A stretch of 64,000 nucleotides of DNA from Octopus vulgaris. Its lineage: Eukaryota. How positions within the stretch are numbered: the first letter of the stretch is position 1; each line of letters opens with the position of its first letter. Of the stretch, positions 1 through 13,870 are shown in pieces. The stretch spans positions 79,980,001-80,044,000 of the forward strand of contig OX597827.1 in the NCBI GenBank assembly GCA_951406725.2, read 5' to 3'. A program made the translations under genes and the position numbers. The notes under the pieces are model-generated. The model did no database searches. It was not told the origin of the DNA and saw only the letters and a program-made list of their open reading frames with translations.

Positions 1-429
1 GTAGAGATGCTGTGGTTATTGATGCAGTTATCAGAAGTCAGTTCCAGTGGAGTTGGGCTTCAGATTTTACTCGAACTGAACAGACTTAAGGCCAAAGATG
101 TTCTGACCAAGACCATCTCTCGTTTTCAATGTCAAAACATGCATTGTTCAGTGTATCTTTTCTTAAGACGTTAGAGTGTGCATTTAGGGAATTCACCTGC
201 TATTTCCAACAGTTTGAGTGACCATGCATAGACTCCTTTGTTGGTTTGTATTGATGTTATTAAATATTAAGGGGTCAGGTCTGTTTAAGCAGATTTCTAA
301 CTCAATAACCAAAGTTGATAGACCAGCACAGAATTTAATCCATGTGTCATAATCAATGTGGCAGCCATGTCACTGTGCTATGTGTGGGTTTGTTAGAGAT
401 TTGATTTCCCAGAAGATGACCAAAAACAT

Positions 430-945
430 TGCACAGAGAGCATCAACCCATGTTTCATCACTGGTGATGATGGTCTTTCTTCATGAAGTCTGGGTCATGG
501 TTTGCACAGTCCAGCATGTCCTGGAGTTGCTTTTGCTGCTTTGCCAGCACCTTGGGGAGGGGTTTTGCCTACACTCTCCACATGCACAAATCCTCTCTTA
601 AAATGCAATGCACTGGTCCTTGTGCTTATTTCCATTTTGTGAGCCATTTCCTGGATTGTTACACAAAGGTCTCCCATGACTGTTTGCCGAATCTTTTCAA
701 CTGGCTCCTCGTTTCTGAAAACCAAGATGTCCTGAGTGTGCATTGCTCTCCGCTGAGGTGCAGCCATGTTTGAAGCAGTTGTAGCACTCCTTCATCTTAG
801 TCCTACCCATGCTGTTATCATCACCAAACGCCTGCTGAATCTCTGGATGCCTTGAGTTTGAGCATCTCTAAACTTTTGGCAAAACTTCATGCAATATCTC
901 TGCCTGATGCATTTGGTGAAAGCAAAATTCCGATGAGTGTGCACC
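430..945 (-). mobile_element. Degenerate mariner transposase fragment
   Basis: Fragments read RNEEPVEKIRQTV..DLCVTIQEMAHKMEIST / EDLCMWRV / DPDFMK / IITSDETWV, typical of the mariner HTH region and first catalytic Asp motif; stops and frameshifts. Confidence 0.75.
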
Positions 946-3900
946 GCTTGCTGCTGGCGAGGGGGAGCAAGTCAACATTCCCTCTGACCAGAAAGCTACT
1001 CTTTTGTAGGGGGACCCATTTACAGCTGGGTGGATGGGACCAACATGAAATGAAGGGTTTTGCTCAAGAACATAATGCATCACACCATTTGGCAATCAAA
1101 CCCACAATAGTGATCGTGAATGCAAGCCTCCCTAACCACAAGGCCTTCATCGTTTTTCACGTATATAATGTAACTGAGCGTGTGACTGAGGAGTTTGCCT
1201 CCAACCCGTGGGGTCTTTGGTTCACTCTTCCTGCTGCACATGATCCCTTGGGCAGGGGTCTTCTACTGTAGTCCCAGGTTGATTAAAGCCTTATGAGTGG
1301 ATTTGGTAGATAAAAACTGGAAGAAGCTAATCGGGTGCATGTGTGTAGTATGTGTTGTGTATCTATGGATATATCCAACACTGCCCCTTGACAACCAGTG
1401 TTGGTGTGTTTATGTCCCTGTAACTTAAAGTGGTTTGACAAAATGGGATGGGACTGCTAGAATAAGTACAAAGCCTAAAACAAGTACTGGGGTCGATCCG
1501 TTTGAGTGAACCATTTATGGCCACAGTCCAGTGACTGAAACAAGTAAAAAAGAAGACATCATCATCATTGGGTTAATGTCTTCTTTCCCATGTCTGTAAG
1601 TGTTGCATGGAATTTCGTTGAGGCTTGCTTCTCGACCACATAGTTTCAGGTTCACTTTCACTGTGTGGTACCTTGGCCTTCCACTCTAGTCCCAGAACAA
1701 CAAAACCTTGTGAGTGGGTTTGGTTGATGGAAACTGAAAGAAGCTTGTTATCCTTATAAAATCATATCATTTTATAAGCACAGGATTTAAATGTGAGTCA
1801 CCATAATTTTCCTACTTGGATGGTACAGTGACCAAACACACTTGTAAAGAATGCCAGATGCTATCCTGAAATTGTTCAGTTCCCCCAAATAAACATGGCT
1901 GCTCTGTAAGAAGAACAAGCAAAGAAAAGATTAACATGGAAAAGAAAGAGGAAAATGAGAAAAAGAAAGCTTGAAAGGCAGAGAGATTAGAGTTATGTCC
2001 CTTCGGTCCATTAAGAGGGGAATTAACAATGATTGATGTGATTAATCCAACAGGGAAAGGCTAAAGAAAACTGTTTGTCTAATTTGGAGAAGATGGGATT
2101 CTCCAGTTTAATAGTAGAAACTTCTCAAGATGCTAGCATTTTGTGAAAGTTTCTGATCCCTGAATTCAGTAGGAAAGAAATTCTTAGATTTAAGAAAGAC
2201 ATGAGGTCTTTCAGTAATACAAGGCCTGGCAGAACCTGATCAGTCATTCATTTCCAATATTCAGTAAAAAAAAATGTCTGGCCCTGGGAAAATACTACCT
2301 TGCTAGGAAACAAGTGAGGGTTGGCTATAGGAAGGGAGTCTGGCTGCAGAAAATCTGTCTCAACAGACTCTGTCTGCCCCATAAGCAAAGTGGATATTAA
2401 AACAATGACAATGATCTGAGAGAGAGAGAGATCTTTCTTTTCATTTTTCTCTATTTACATAAGAGATATAGCAATCATTTCCCTCCAAGAATTCAAAATG
2501 GAAGACTTTGGTTGTTTTAGCAATAACTTTACTATAGAAACTTCATTACTTCTAGGCTGTTCCTTGTTCCAGCAACAAAACTATTCAACATGCCTTAAAA
2601 GTACAAATCAAAGTTTATTACAACTTTTCCCCGTCCACAATAATGTCTTTTATTGCGAATTAAAGCAGCTAATGACAGCTGGCTGTTCGTTAGAGTCTCA
2701 AATTTATATTTCTTCAATCAAAATTTGCTAATAAAAAAATTGTTGGTATCTTGGGGAACAAATTACAGCTTTAACAAGCTTTCCGGTTGATACTATCAAT
2801 TTAAAATGAATAGATTCTCCATACCTTTGACCTGTTATTTAGTCCCAGTTTAACCCTAATTAAACAGACCTATAATCAAAGAACATCCCTTTTTTTTTTG
2901 TTACCCAGACATCTTGGGCTGCATTTCTTTTGTAAGCTGATAGAAAATAAATTCTAAAGGAAATCTTGCTGCTATTTCTAGCAGTCATTTGTTTAGCTTA
3001 TGGTTTGAGGAGCGTCTGTCTATTCAACATTTTAATGGTGTATTCAGGTAATTTTTATTCTTCAATGAATGATAAACAAAAACAAGACAAATATCTCAGA
3101 CTATTAACCTCATCTCAGTTTCAATCTTTGATGTCTTACTCTGCGATGTATATATATATTATCTGAGACTAGATTCAAAGTAGGAATCTTCATTTCTAAA
3201 CTAATAGTTGAAACGCATTCATCCATTATGCTGCTGCTATGACTGTCACAAAACACAAAAGTGGACAGGACATTTTTTAACAACTGATCCCAATCCTTCA
3301 AGTTTCACACGTTGCTCCTCAGTAATTCTTGCTCCACATTAATTTCTCTTCCTGTTCTTTTTCTTTGCAATGTTAACGAATTATGTCAAGCAAGGAGGAA
3401 AAAAAAACCTTATCCTTACTTTTGCATTGTATATACATTTTATGCTACAATATTGGGTTGTTTCAATGTATTTTTCAGTAATAGCAAGCATTTTGAGTTA
3501 ATGTCAGAGCAGGACTTACTGTTTGGGTAACTCAGTGTTGAGCTAAGGTCAGTGCTAGGTTTATTACCTGGGGTTTCAGCCAGCTTTTTACAAATTTCTT
3601 TTTTCTATTTCCCCACCATGATTCTTTATCAGTTATAGAATCAATTCACTCCATAGCAAAACAATTCCATTTCTTACATCATGTCTCTCCAACTGTTCAT
3701 GACAATTTCTCCCCTCTCTAAGACTTTTATATAATATTTCTTAATTCTTACCTTTACGGACCTCCCAGATTCTCTCTTTAAGACTTGTCAGCTAAAAGGA
3801 TGCAATAAGTGTAGTAAATGTAGTTTCTATATTCTGGCCATTCCTAGGTAAGTTTCAATTTGGTGAGAAATCATCAAAATGTGATGTTACATATGAACAC

Positions 3901-4388
3901 AGTTCTGATATTATAATTGTTGTAGATTTTGTGAGCCCTCTCAATCCCTTCCAGTAAAGTAGAAACACAGAGAATTTTATTTGATCCCTACCTTAAGCTT
4001 GAGGGTGGTTGTGAATCTACTGTGATAGGCTGTGAGTCTGCAGTGAGTCTTATATGAGAGGCAAGACATTTGTTATGCAGGAAGGTAGTTTTCAGGTAAT
4101 TCATATCGTCTGCATAAGCGAACACCTCAATCCACATTGTTTTTGCCTGGTGTTGTAGACACTTAATACTGAAGGGATGCTGTGGTGAGACTCATATTTT
4201 AGCTATTATTGTTGTATAACCCTAGGTTAATGAGCATACCTTTGATGAAAGGCATCCCAGCCATGAACCATCCCATCTTTTCCAATATGTCTTTGCTGTT
4301 TTTGTGGTGGTACAATTTGAGGGAGATTTAGCAGCTATTTCTAAACAGATTGAACAATCATATAAAGACTCTCTCAATTACAGATTAA

Positions 4389-4559
4389 CCCATTAGCATT
4401 TAAACTGGCCATATCTGGCCAAAAGTATTCTGCCTGTTTTATGTTCAAAATTAACAGCTACCTCATCAAAATCTCATAGCTACAAGATAATGCCTGATTA
4501 GTTCAAAACAATGTGGATGAAGACTTTAATTTTGATAGAATAATGCGAACACTAAAGGG
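4389..4559. mobile_element. piggyBac-like MITE
   Basis: TTAA|CCC...GGG|TTAA ends with imperfect short TIRs; a related inverted copy lies at about 11870-12055. Confidence 0.55.
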
Positions 4560-5326
4560 TTAAATAGATTTCAGTGTCAGCAGGGATTTGATCCACTGAT
4601 CTTCTGTATTTTTCACCAGTATATATGATGGCATGCTGGTTGGTTATATCCTTTTCCATCTTATACTGAACTGATGCACGTAGACAGAGTCTATGTCATC
4701 TACCTACATCTCGGACTTCCTGTTGAGGCTTCCAAAGCATGAGGCTGTCATTCACATATCTTAATCATTGCTGTCATTTCTAGAACTAAATCTTCAGAGC
4801 ATTTCAGGTAAATGAGTGCCATTGCTTTGATGATGATGGAAAACAGTTATTTATTCCTTGCACTTTTTGGTAAATTTCATAATCAATTTGGAAATCAGTG
4901 TCCTTAAGGCACAGTGCTAACATCTCTTTGATGTCACCAGTTGGTATTTTGGTGCCTTCATCTTTAAAGATGTGCTTTTTACTTATTGGGGAAAGGCAGT
5001 AATTGCATGAACAACAACTTACCTTAAACACTTCAAATAAAATATAACTGAAATATTTACAATGTGTTGTATCTTTCACAGAACTGAACTGCTGGCAATA
5101 ACGATGCATTCGCTCTCTCTACTCCCTGCCTTTTATTCTGATCCTATAATGACCTCTGCTCCTCAGATCTGGCTGGGCTCATGTCACCTCCACTCAGCTA
5201 TTCCCATTTTACTGAGCCAGCCAGGTGAGAGGGGGACATGAACAGCAAATCAAAGATTCCTCCCTTAGAAATGTTTCATATAGTCAACACATAGACATTC
5301 ATTCAAATGGAAAATATATATATATA

Positions 5327-5688
5327 CTAGCCCTATGACCCAGCAATGCCGGGTCATAATGCTAGTGCATGCATATACAGCTGCGTGCGCACATAAACGC
5401 GAGTACTGTCCAAATCTCTGACCAATCACATACAGCTAGCTGGCATTCAATTCGTGTATCTAGTTTCGGGCATTTTGATTGGGTTTTGGATAGAAAATTT
5501 ACAAAAAAGTAACTTCTTTCGATTTTTTAATGGCTTTGCGGGGTGACTGGGGAAATGTAAAGATGTGCACAACCACCCTTGGATGGTTTTGAATGACCAT
5601 AGAAAGTGCGGGCCTTCTAACTGAAAAATTGTGGATTTGTATAAAGGATACACACACAGACATTTTGCCGTTTATATATATAGAGAGA
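5327..5688 (-). mobile_element. Non-autonomous Helitron-like element
   Basis: Minus strand begins TC, ends with the hairpin GACCCGGCA-t-TGCTGGGTC followed by CTAG, and sits between A and T. Confidence 0.6.
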
Positions 5689-5699
5689 TTCCATTTGCA

Positions 5700-5945
5700 T
5701 AGTGGCATGTAAAAAGCACCATTCAAACGTGGTTGATGCCAGTACTGCCTGACTGTGGCACTTAAAAAGCACCCACTACATTCTCAGAGTGGTTGGCATT
5801 AGGGAAGGGCATCCAGCTGTAGAAACTTTGCCTGATCAGATTGGAGCCTAGTGCAGATTCCTACAGCTTCTAGACCTCAGTCAAACCGTCCAACCTATGC
5901 CAGCATGGAAAGCGGACATTAAATGACAAGGATGAAGATAATGAT
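5700..5945 (+). mobile_element. RTE-LINE 3' tail or RTE-tailed SINE fragment
   Basis: Same sequence as the 3' end of the LINE at 45470-45640 (cacccactacactc...gggcatccagctgtagaaac...gcatggaaagcggacattaaatga); further copies at 25130-25358 and 36520-36700. Confidence 0.7.
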
Positions 5946-6000
5946 ATATATATATAAAGATCCAATTGATCATGGTAAAACAGCTAGTTAACCTCTAGCA

Positions 6001-6037
<37 letters not shown>

Positions 6038-6589
6038 TTCCATCATTATCAGCATTTGCATGAGATGAGTCAAAAGGAATTTCTTGAGACAGACATTTTG
6101 TAGCTGAATGTCTTTTCTGTCACTCAGCCACACCAGTTTCAATGCAAAGCAATATTTTCTCATAGCTAGACATGCTTTTTACAGAAAATGAAATGAACCA
6201 TGCTTGTATTGAACTGTGTATGATGATAATGTTCATTTCATCACAGGATGTTTAAACAAGGGTAAACACAAAACAGGCTTCATTTACAAAATCTGTTCAT
6301 AAGGCTTTGACCAGCCTGGGGTTGTAGAGTTATAGCAGGAGACACTTGACTGAAATAAGCAAAAGATAGAAGATGCTTATTTCCTTTTTATACTCATTTT
6401 TGGTGTTATGTCTATACAGTCAACAGTGAATTGATTCTTGTGTTTTGAAAGCATTTCCACTCTTGTGTCAGAGTCAACTACAGCTAATACAGTTCTGTAA
6501 TTAATATTATGTTGTTCACTGCCATGTCTCAATTATGGAATGCCAATGAGGTTGTCTGTTTTCTATTCTTTCTAATAGGTATGCATGCA

Positions 6590-6624
<35 letters not shown>

Positions 6625-6893
6625 CAAAGTATCATCAGAGACAGAAATCCCCATAAAATCCATCAAATCAGATGATATATATATATATATACAAAGTAGA
6701 ATCTGTTTTCGAACAGCTCTGATCATGAATAAATCATACTTTATCTCCTGCCTTTTTCAGATTCATTTAATACAGTTGTACCTCGGTTTACGAATGCCTC
6801 AGATCACAAATACATTGTGCTTTATATCTACCTATCTATATATATATCTATCTATCTAAATTATATATATATATATATTACAATGTAAGCCAG

Positions 6894-7033
6894 TTTATGG
6901 GGTTACGCTGGTTTTCTTGTTCATAAGGGGTTTAGTCTTTGATGTAATCTTCAGCCCCCAAACACTACTGGTCTGAAGATATGCTGTAAGGCTAAACCCC
7001 TTATGAGCGAGAAACCCAGGGTAACCCCATAAA
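6894..7033. repeat. Imperfect palindrome (MITE-like hairpin)
   Basis: tttatggggttac...aaggggtttag pairs with ctaaacccctt...gtaaccccataaa. Confidence 0.7.
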
Positions 7034-7127
7034 TCGAGCTAACTCCCCCCCCCACTATAGCACTAACTGCTCTACATCTTAGAGTCTGCTTCTCCTCCTG
7101 ATTTATGTATTTCTACAAATAATCCAT

Positions 7128-7161
<34 letters not shown>

Positions 7162-7893
7162 GCTCACACACACATGCATGCAGGCATATTATTTTAGACA
7201 TGAAAATTGATGAGCTTGTCTCTAGGCAGTCATTTGAATTACCTGAAACAGCAGTCACATCTCCTACAAAACTCCTTACTTAAACAGAGAAAAGCTACAT
7301 CAAATGATATATTCAGTGTGGGATGCACTGCTCCTGGAAATAGTGTTTGGAAAGCCTTTGATCAATAAGTCTGTTCAGTGAGGGATGACTTGGAGCTAAA
7401 TAACAGCAAAATAGGACAAATGTCATTATGTAGGCATAGGCATGGCTGGGTGGATATGGAGAGCACTTTGCTACGTTGTGGTCTTGAGTTCTATTTCATT
7501 GCGTGGCACTTCAGGCAAATGTCTTCTATTTTAGCCTCAGGTGGATCAAAGCTTTGTGAGTAGAACTGGAGGGCAGAAACTGTATCGAAGCCCAGATATA
7601 TAATTTGTGTCTACAAGAATTTTGATCTTGTAAACCATTTGTTGAAATCAGTTGTTATATTTGGGAAGAATCATAACTAACAAAGCCAGCATCAACCTGT
7701 ATCCTTTTCAAGATGTTTATTGAAAAGACTACATGTTGATGTAGTGAAAAATATTTTAGGGGACATAAACAAACAAACAACTGCTTTAAAAAAAGAAGAG
7801 AAGTATAGACAAGCAACAACTGGTGTGTTTATAGGTTTTATTGATTATGCCACTTCCCTTATAAATGTATAAAAAACCATGTACATGTGTGTA

Positions 7894-7929
<36 letters not shown>

Positions 7930-9693
7930 ATTTACATTGTGTGAAAAGGATTAAAGGTAAAAACGGTGATGTTTGTTGACAGCACTTTCAAGGATAAGAG
8001 AAATACAATACAAAAAGAAGAAAAAAATTACTTGCATGAAAAAAAAAGATGAAGCAAGAGAAAGGTGATCTGGATCTGAAACAAGGCCTCAGGGCCAGGG
8101 ATTCATTTGTTCCTTCAATCCATTCTAGCAGAAAACGAACAATGCAGACTTCATCGTTTCATGTGTTTATTTATTGTATGTCTGTGTGCATTGATGCGTG
8201 TCTGGCTGTAATTTTGTATGCTTTATCATTGATGAGTGTCTGTGGAAATCTGTATATAAGGTGGTATTTAAACAGTTAAATACACATACATGTGTGTGCA
8301 TTAATGATATATGTATAGGAAGATGAGTAAAAATAGAGCTGGCACAAAAGAATTGCTGCAGCTGAAGAAGGCAACGAGGCAGCATAAAGACAATGCAGGG
8401 GAGAGAAGCGTTTAGTGACCCTACAACCAGCTGAAGTTAAGAACCGAACTCTATTCACTGGAGAAACTGTAAACATTACCTCAAGCATCCCAACACGGGG
8501 CCAGGGAACTGAAATGATTTCATTGAATAACATAATAAAAGAATCTAAAATGACCCTCACCACTGACAAAAATATGAGACCCCAATCTCTCTCTGATAGC
8601 TCAGCCTGCTAAAGATAGCAATCAAATATCCCTCAAATCATACCAACTTGGATTTAAAAAAAGGGTGATGAATCCATAGTCCTATATAGGCCCTAAAATA
8701 TGGGATGGTCGGAGCTGGATTGTCTTTGATTATAGGCTGGTTAGTGTCAAAGTTTACCTGAGACTAAACAACAACAGCAAGAAACAGAATATTTATATCA
8801 ACAAAACAAAAAAACAAAAAGATAAACTTACAAAAACAGTGACAGGATGAGTGCCATGGAGCGTCCCCTGCAGTTAATGGTTGTATGTGCATGTGACTGT
8901 TAAATTAGTGTGGCAATAAGTTTATGCTGAGGATGAATGTAAGAGACAGACAGACAGACCAGTCAAACTACTTTCCCATCTTAGTTTTTGAATTTGTGTG
9001 TGAGTGGAACCTATTTTAATTGGATTAACCCATGATTAAAGGTTTCCCTCCACTTATCTATCATTTAAATATATTGTAAAGAATGAGAATTTGTACACTA
9101 ATTAATATCTCAGTGACAGAAAACAACAGATGGAAACAGTTTATTAAGAACAATTTAATGTTCATATGATTGCCGACAAATGATGTTGTTGTTAACAATA
9201 ACAATAATCAATAACAGGTGACCTTATTTTCTGCTTGAAAGAATAGAGCAGTCACCCGACTCATATGACATCTGGGTTCATATTCCAGCAGAGGGTTCTG
9301 TTACACTTAATCACAGCTGCTAATAATTACACTTTTTAATTTGAGATTGGTGATAATCTGAGTAATTTTTCTACATGATTAATATTTTTTTATGAAACTT
9401 TTAACTAACAAAATACATAAAATTGTTTAAAATATTGGTCATGTTTATTATACATCTACAAAACAAAAAAACAGTCTGTGAAGATAAAGCTTAAACCATA
9501 AAATAATGAGGTGATTAATTAAGGGCAACTTTGAAAATATTAATTTCTTGTTGGAATATCAATAAGGGGATGTTTCTTTTCTCAAACTCCAAGAGCAGAC
9601 GTTTATAAGAAGCTGACTTAAACTCCACTGGTGTAAGTCTTTATGTTCACTTTGAAAAATTATCCTACAATTGGTCGTCATGGTTGTTGACAG

Positions 9694-9780
9694 TCAATTT
9701 CTAGCAACACCTGGAGGTGAAGGTAATTGTCTCTCTGGAGTTTTCACAAGTCTGTCTTGGTAATGGTCTCTCTCTCACTG
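9694..9780 (-). pseudogene. Relic of a divergent protocadherin terminal exon, cut by a LINE insertion
   Basis: Translates as ERDHYQDRLVKTPERQLPSPPGVARN*, homologous to ERQQYQDRYVKPPERQLPSTPDVITN*; in-frame TGA upstream and a LINE fragment adjacent. Confidence 0.65.
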
Positions 9781-9784
9781 CTAT

Positions 9785-10265
9785 ACACTCCTAAAATAAA
9801 TATATTTCCCTGGGCATGGATTCACTGAAGCTCCGGCGTCTGGCAACTGACTTGGTAAACACCCACAAAGTTATCAACCACCTCACCAACAACAACACTG
9901 AACACCTTTTTGATCTCCATGTGTCCAACACACGTGGACATGCCTACAAAGTCAGAAAACAGCACAGCTCCCATGACTTTCGGAAACATTTTTTCACGCT
10001 CAGAGTTGTTGAAGCATGGAACAAATTGCCTGCGTCAGTTGTTGACTGCCATGACACTGCATCCTTTAAGGTCCTCATGCTTTCCGAAATCTGCCGAAAC
10101 TACACCTGATTGTCCCCCCTTCCATACTCATACACATATGTGTATGTCATGACTCATGCACTGTTCTTTTCCTGACGCTTGTACATTACCCTATGTACTA
10201 TACATACACTTTAGATGAGTTGTAGTGCACCTGAGCGCTGTACACAATGTTTTATTATTATTATA
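9785..10265 (+). mobile_element. 5'-truncated CR1/L2-group LINE 3' end
   Basis: ORF2 C-terminus TRGHAYKVRKQHS..RKHFFTLRVVEAWNKLP, then 3' UTR and (TTA)n tail. Confidence 0.8.
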
Positions 10266-10354
10266 TAGGTGTAGTGAGTAGGATTAATAATTTGCAGATT
10301 ATTCGTTAGACCCCCATTGACAGATGTTATGAAAAGGCAGTAGACATTTTAAAC

Positions 10355-10492
10355 CTAATTCTTCCAGGATTTCTTCGTGTTGTTTCTCTCTGCTCAATTC
10401 CAATTTGGTTGGAAGCCATTGTGAATTCTCAGAGATTCATCATGGCCAATGGTGTGTTGTTTCTGGTCCTCTGTAAGATGATTGTGATTCTG
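10355..10492 (-). pseudogene. Probable relic of the penultimate protocadherin cytoplasmic exon
   Basis: TAG-CAG acceptor and G|GT donor; ends SREKQHEEILEELG versus SSRQYEEIPAMSG; internal stop/frameshift; correct order relative to the 9694-9780 relic. Confidence 0.45.
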
Positions 10493-12439
10493 CTAAATAG
10501 AAAGAACAGACTAAATTAATAAACATCTACAGTAATTGATATAATTCAGTGCAGAGATAAAGATTAGACAGCAAAAAGTGGGAGAAAGATTAGATGGGAT
10601 ATTAGCAAGAAGTGAGAGATGATTAAAGCTGATGGCTTAGAGAATACAAGAAACATTATTGGGGATGGAATTACTGTTGAGAATTGGTGTTTTCTTCAGT
10701 TGTTAAATACATTCATACAAGATTCTTCTCACAAATGGATATTTGGTGTAATAGCCATGTCTACCACCAATAATTCCACTTCTTGGAGTGGTTTGAAAGG
10801 TGTATTGTGTTATAAAAACATAGACGTGTCGCATAGTTTCCATCTTAAAACATTTGGTATACGTTGGTTGGACAACACAATTTTGTGTCATTTATTTCTA
10901 CAGCATTGCTCTTTCACTTCAACAATCTTAAATGGAAGCATCTTCTTTGCTTCACTGAATTTCTCTCCCTTATCACTGACCAATAATATGATGGCCACAA
11001 CTGAAAAATTTCAGTAAAAGCTATATTGCTGAAGTTGATAACATCAACTTCTTCAAAATGAGAAGTACCTTATAAAAGTTTCCCCACATAGAATCTTCAT
11101 TTCTTCCTGAAATTCTTGGAGCAGAAACCATTCCAGTGAATGCCAATCATCTTCTTAATGTTCCCTTTTCCATGCTTTGCTGGGTCGGACAGAGTTTATT
11201 TGAAGCAGATTTTCTACAGCCGGATGCTCTTCCTGTTGCCAAACCTTACTTGTTCCTAAGGAAGGTAATATTTCCTCATGCCAGAAATCTTTTCACAGAA
11301 CCTGGGGAATTAGTGACATTCATTTACAACAATCACATGATGTCAAGACATGGACGGACACACAACAGGCTTCTTTCAGTTTCCATCATCCAAATCCACT
11401 CACAAGGCTTTTTGATCAGTCACTTTTTTTCTGCCTATTAATGTTAATTGAGTTGCTAATATTTAAATACCTTGATTATGGATGAATTATACCACACTGT
11501 AGTATCTACTTATAGAAAGTGACCTGGTCGTCAATAGTTAAAAGTTCTGGCTATGGAAAGAGTGGAGGGAAATACAGAAAACCTTCACTATTATTGCTAG
11601 AACTGACTTTGCTTGATGGACTCCCAGCTTCACAATGTGCAAAACATCCTCTCTTGACTGCATCCAGTACCTGTGCAGTATGGAATTTGGTGAGGTGGTA
11701 GCCTAGTGGTGAAGGTGGTAATAATGAAAATGTGGTGTTAGTGTTCAACCCAAGGTCAACACTGATCCAGTAGACCGATCATCAGACTTTCAAGCAGTGA
11801 CCCTCCAGTCTTTTATTCAGACATTGCTTTTCCAATGTGTCGTTCTTTTGTTTTTTTCAAGTGTGACTTGACCCCTTGGCATTATTCAGATTATTGTCAA
11901 ATGTAATCCTTATTCATCCACACTGTTTTCAGTTAATCAAGATTTCAATGATGTGATTGTTTATAATATTAGAATGACATTGAAGGGCTGCTTTGAACAG
12001 AAAAAAAGGTAGAATATTTGGGCCAGATTCGGCTGGTTCAAATGCTGAAGGGTCAAGGGAAATTTGGTTGTTATTTCTGTCTGTGTGACCATCTGCCAAG
12101 AAGCTGCCTCATTGGTTCAAGGTGATGCTGTTGTGTAGCAATAGTGTACACAATCACAGTGATGTAGTGGTGGGGATGCTATAAATGGTGCCAGTGTTTA
12201 TGGTGTGTATACAAATACACATACCTCTACACATCATATAGCAACATGTATGGGTGGTGTGATTCTGTGTATATGTTATTTCTGACACTAAAACATTCAG
12301 TATACACTGCTGACAGTGGCCCAGGAATGAAATTTGCTTACAGGATACAAGCTCAGGCCCAAATGTTTTTTTCAATCGTAATATCAAAATAAACACAGGT
12401 CTAGTAATATTTTTTTTAAATATATGGCAAAGCAATGCT

Positions 12440-13250
12440 TCAAATCATTCCCCAAATTTTTCCAAACTGGTTCGTTTTGGTGATGAAGTTTTCCCAGAGG
12501 ATGTGCAAAGTGTTTCCATTGCAGAAGTTTTTGCGTCCTTGCATTACAGCCCAGTGTGTCAGACGGTGTTGCGTCATTGTGGTATGGAGTGAGGTCTTCA
12601 AAACAGTGAAGTGTGCTGAACATTCTCTCACTTAATGCAACAGACACAGGCTTGCAACATGATGACAGTTTCATCACAAAGACTGGTCTGTAACACTTCC
12701 AGAAAAATGGTATTTTGGTGAACAAAGCTCAATGCATCAGTGGCCAGGGCAATCGTAGATCCAGCTTCTTGGAGGACAAAACCCAGAGAGTGGTTTCTGA
12801 AGTGTACAAAATATGTACCAGAAAACATGTCTTTTAATCTCTTTTGTGTGCCTGGAATGTTTCCGCTCATGGTACCTGCACCATCAAAGACAGAAGCAGC
12901 ATAATTTTGAGTCCAGAGAAATGTTTAGGCAACCAAAAACATCCAGAATAGCCTTAGTCAGTGTGTCCAAGGTGTGGTCAGGAGGGTCATCAAAGCTGAG
13001 GAAATCTTTGTGGACATCCTGGTTTTCAGAAATAAAACGACAATAATTGATTCTTGTTCCATGCCAGAGCAATCACATATAACATCAATAAACATGGAAT
13101 CTTCAACTTCTTTTCTCACCTCATGTGGGGTGTTATGAGCATGTGCCTCAAGGATTCCATTATGCAGGGTATCAGATAGGAAATGAACTCATCATTTAAG
13201 CTGCTGACTTATTTCCGCACCATATTCTTCAGCAAGTTCTTTTTTGAGAT
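12440..13250 (-). mobile_element. Degenerate hAT (ZMYM1-like) transposase fragment
   Basis: Fragments CRFISE..VHKDFLSF..TLTKAILDVF and MSGNIPGTQKRLK..FVHFRNHSLGFVLQEA resemble the hAT DGAxxMSG...VHCxxHxLxL region; frameshifted. Confidence 0.7.
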
Positions 13251-13735
13251 TTACATAGTTTCCTGTGATATGTGTCAACTTTCTCTTCAAAGACGGAACT
13301 AAGAACTTCTTTTATCTTTTACTAAGAATATTCCTTGATCCTTCAAATAGGGAACTATGAACTGCTATTGTCTTTCCCTAAGGATTTCTTTAATTCTCTA
13401 ACCACCCTTATCTTTCACTGAGTATGTTCTTTAATTCTTCGATGAACTGGTAACCACTAATATCCTTTATCAAAGATATTCCTTAATTCTTTCTCTCCAA
13501 AGACGGAACAGTTGGCTCACATGGAAAGCTTTGCTCAATGACATATGATCCCTATGCTCAGCTATTCTAGAAACAACCCTAAGAAACTTTACGTATAATT
13601 TCTTGATCCCTTATTTACTATAAATACTCTGCAATTATGCTTGAATTATAAATTACATGCTCTGAAGTGCACACCATACCAGTGTGAATACATAAATATA
13701 TATACATACACATATATACATACATACATGTATAT

Positions 13736-13870
13736 TTTGGGATAATAAAACATATAAAGGACATATTAAAATGACGTATTAAAATTCCAGAAATAATACA
13801 GAAAACATACAAAAATACAAATTTTAATATGTCGTTTTAATATGTCCTTTATATGTTTTATTATCCCAAA
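13736..13870. repeat. Inverted repeat with about 50-bp arms
   Basis: tttgggataataaaacatataaaggacatattaaaa pairs with ttttaatatgtcctttatatgttttattatcccaaa. Confidence 0.8.
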
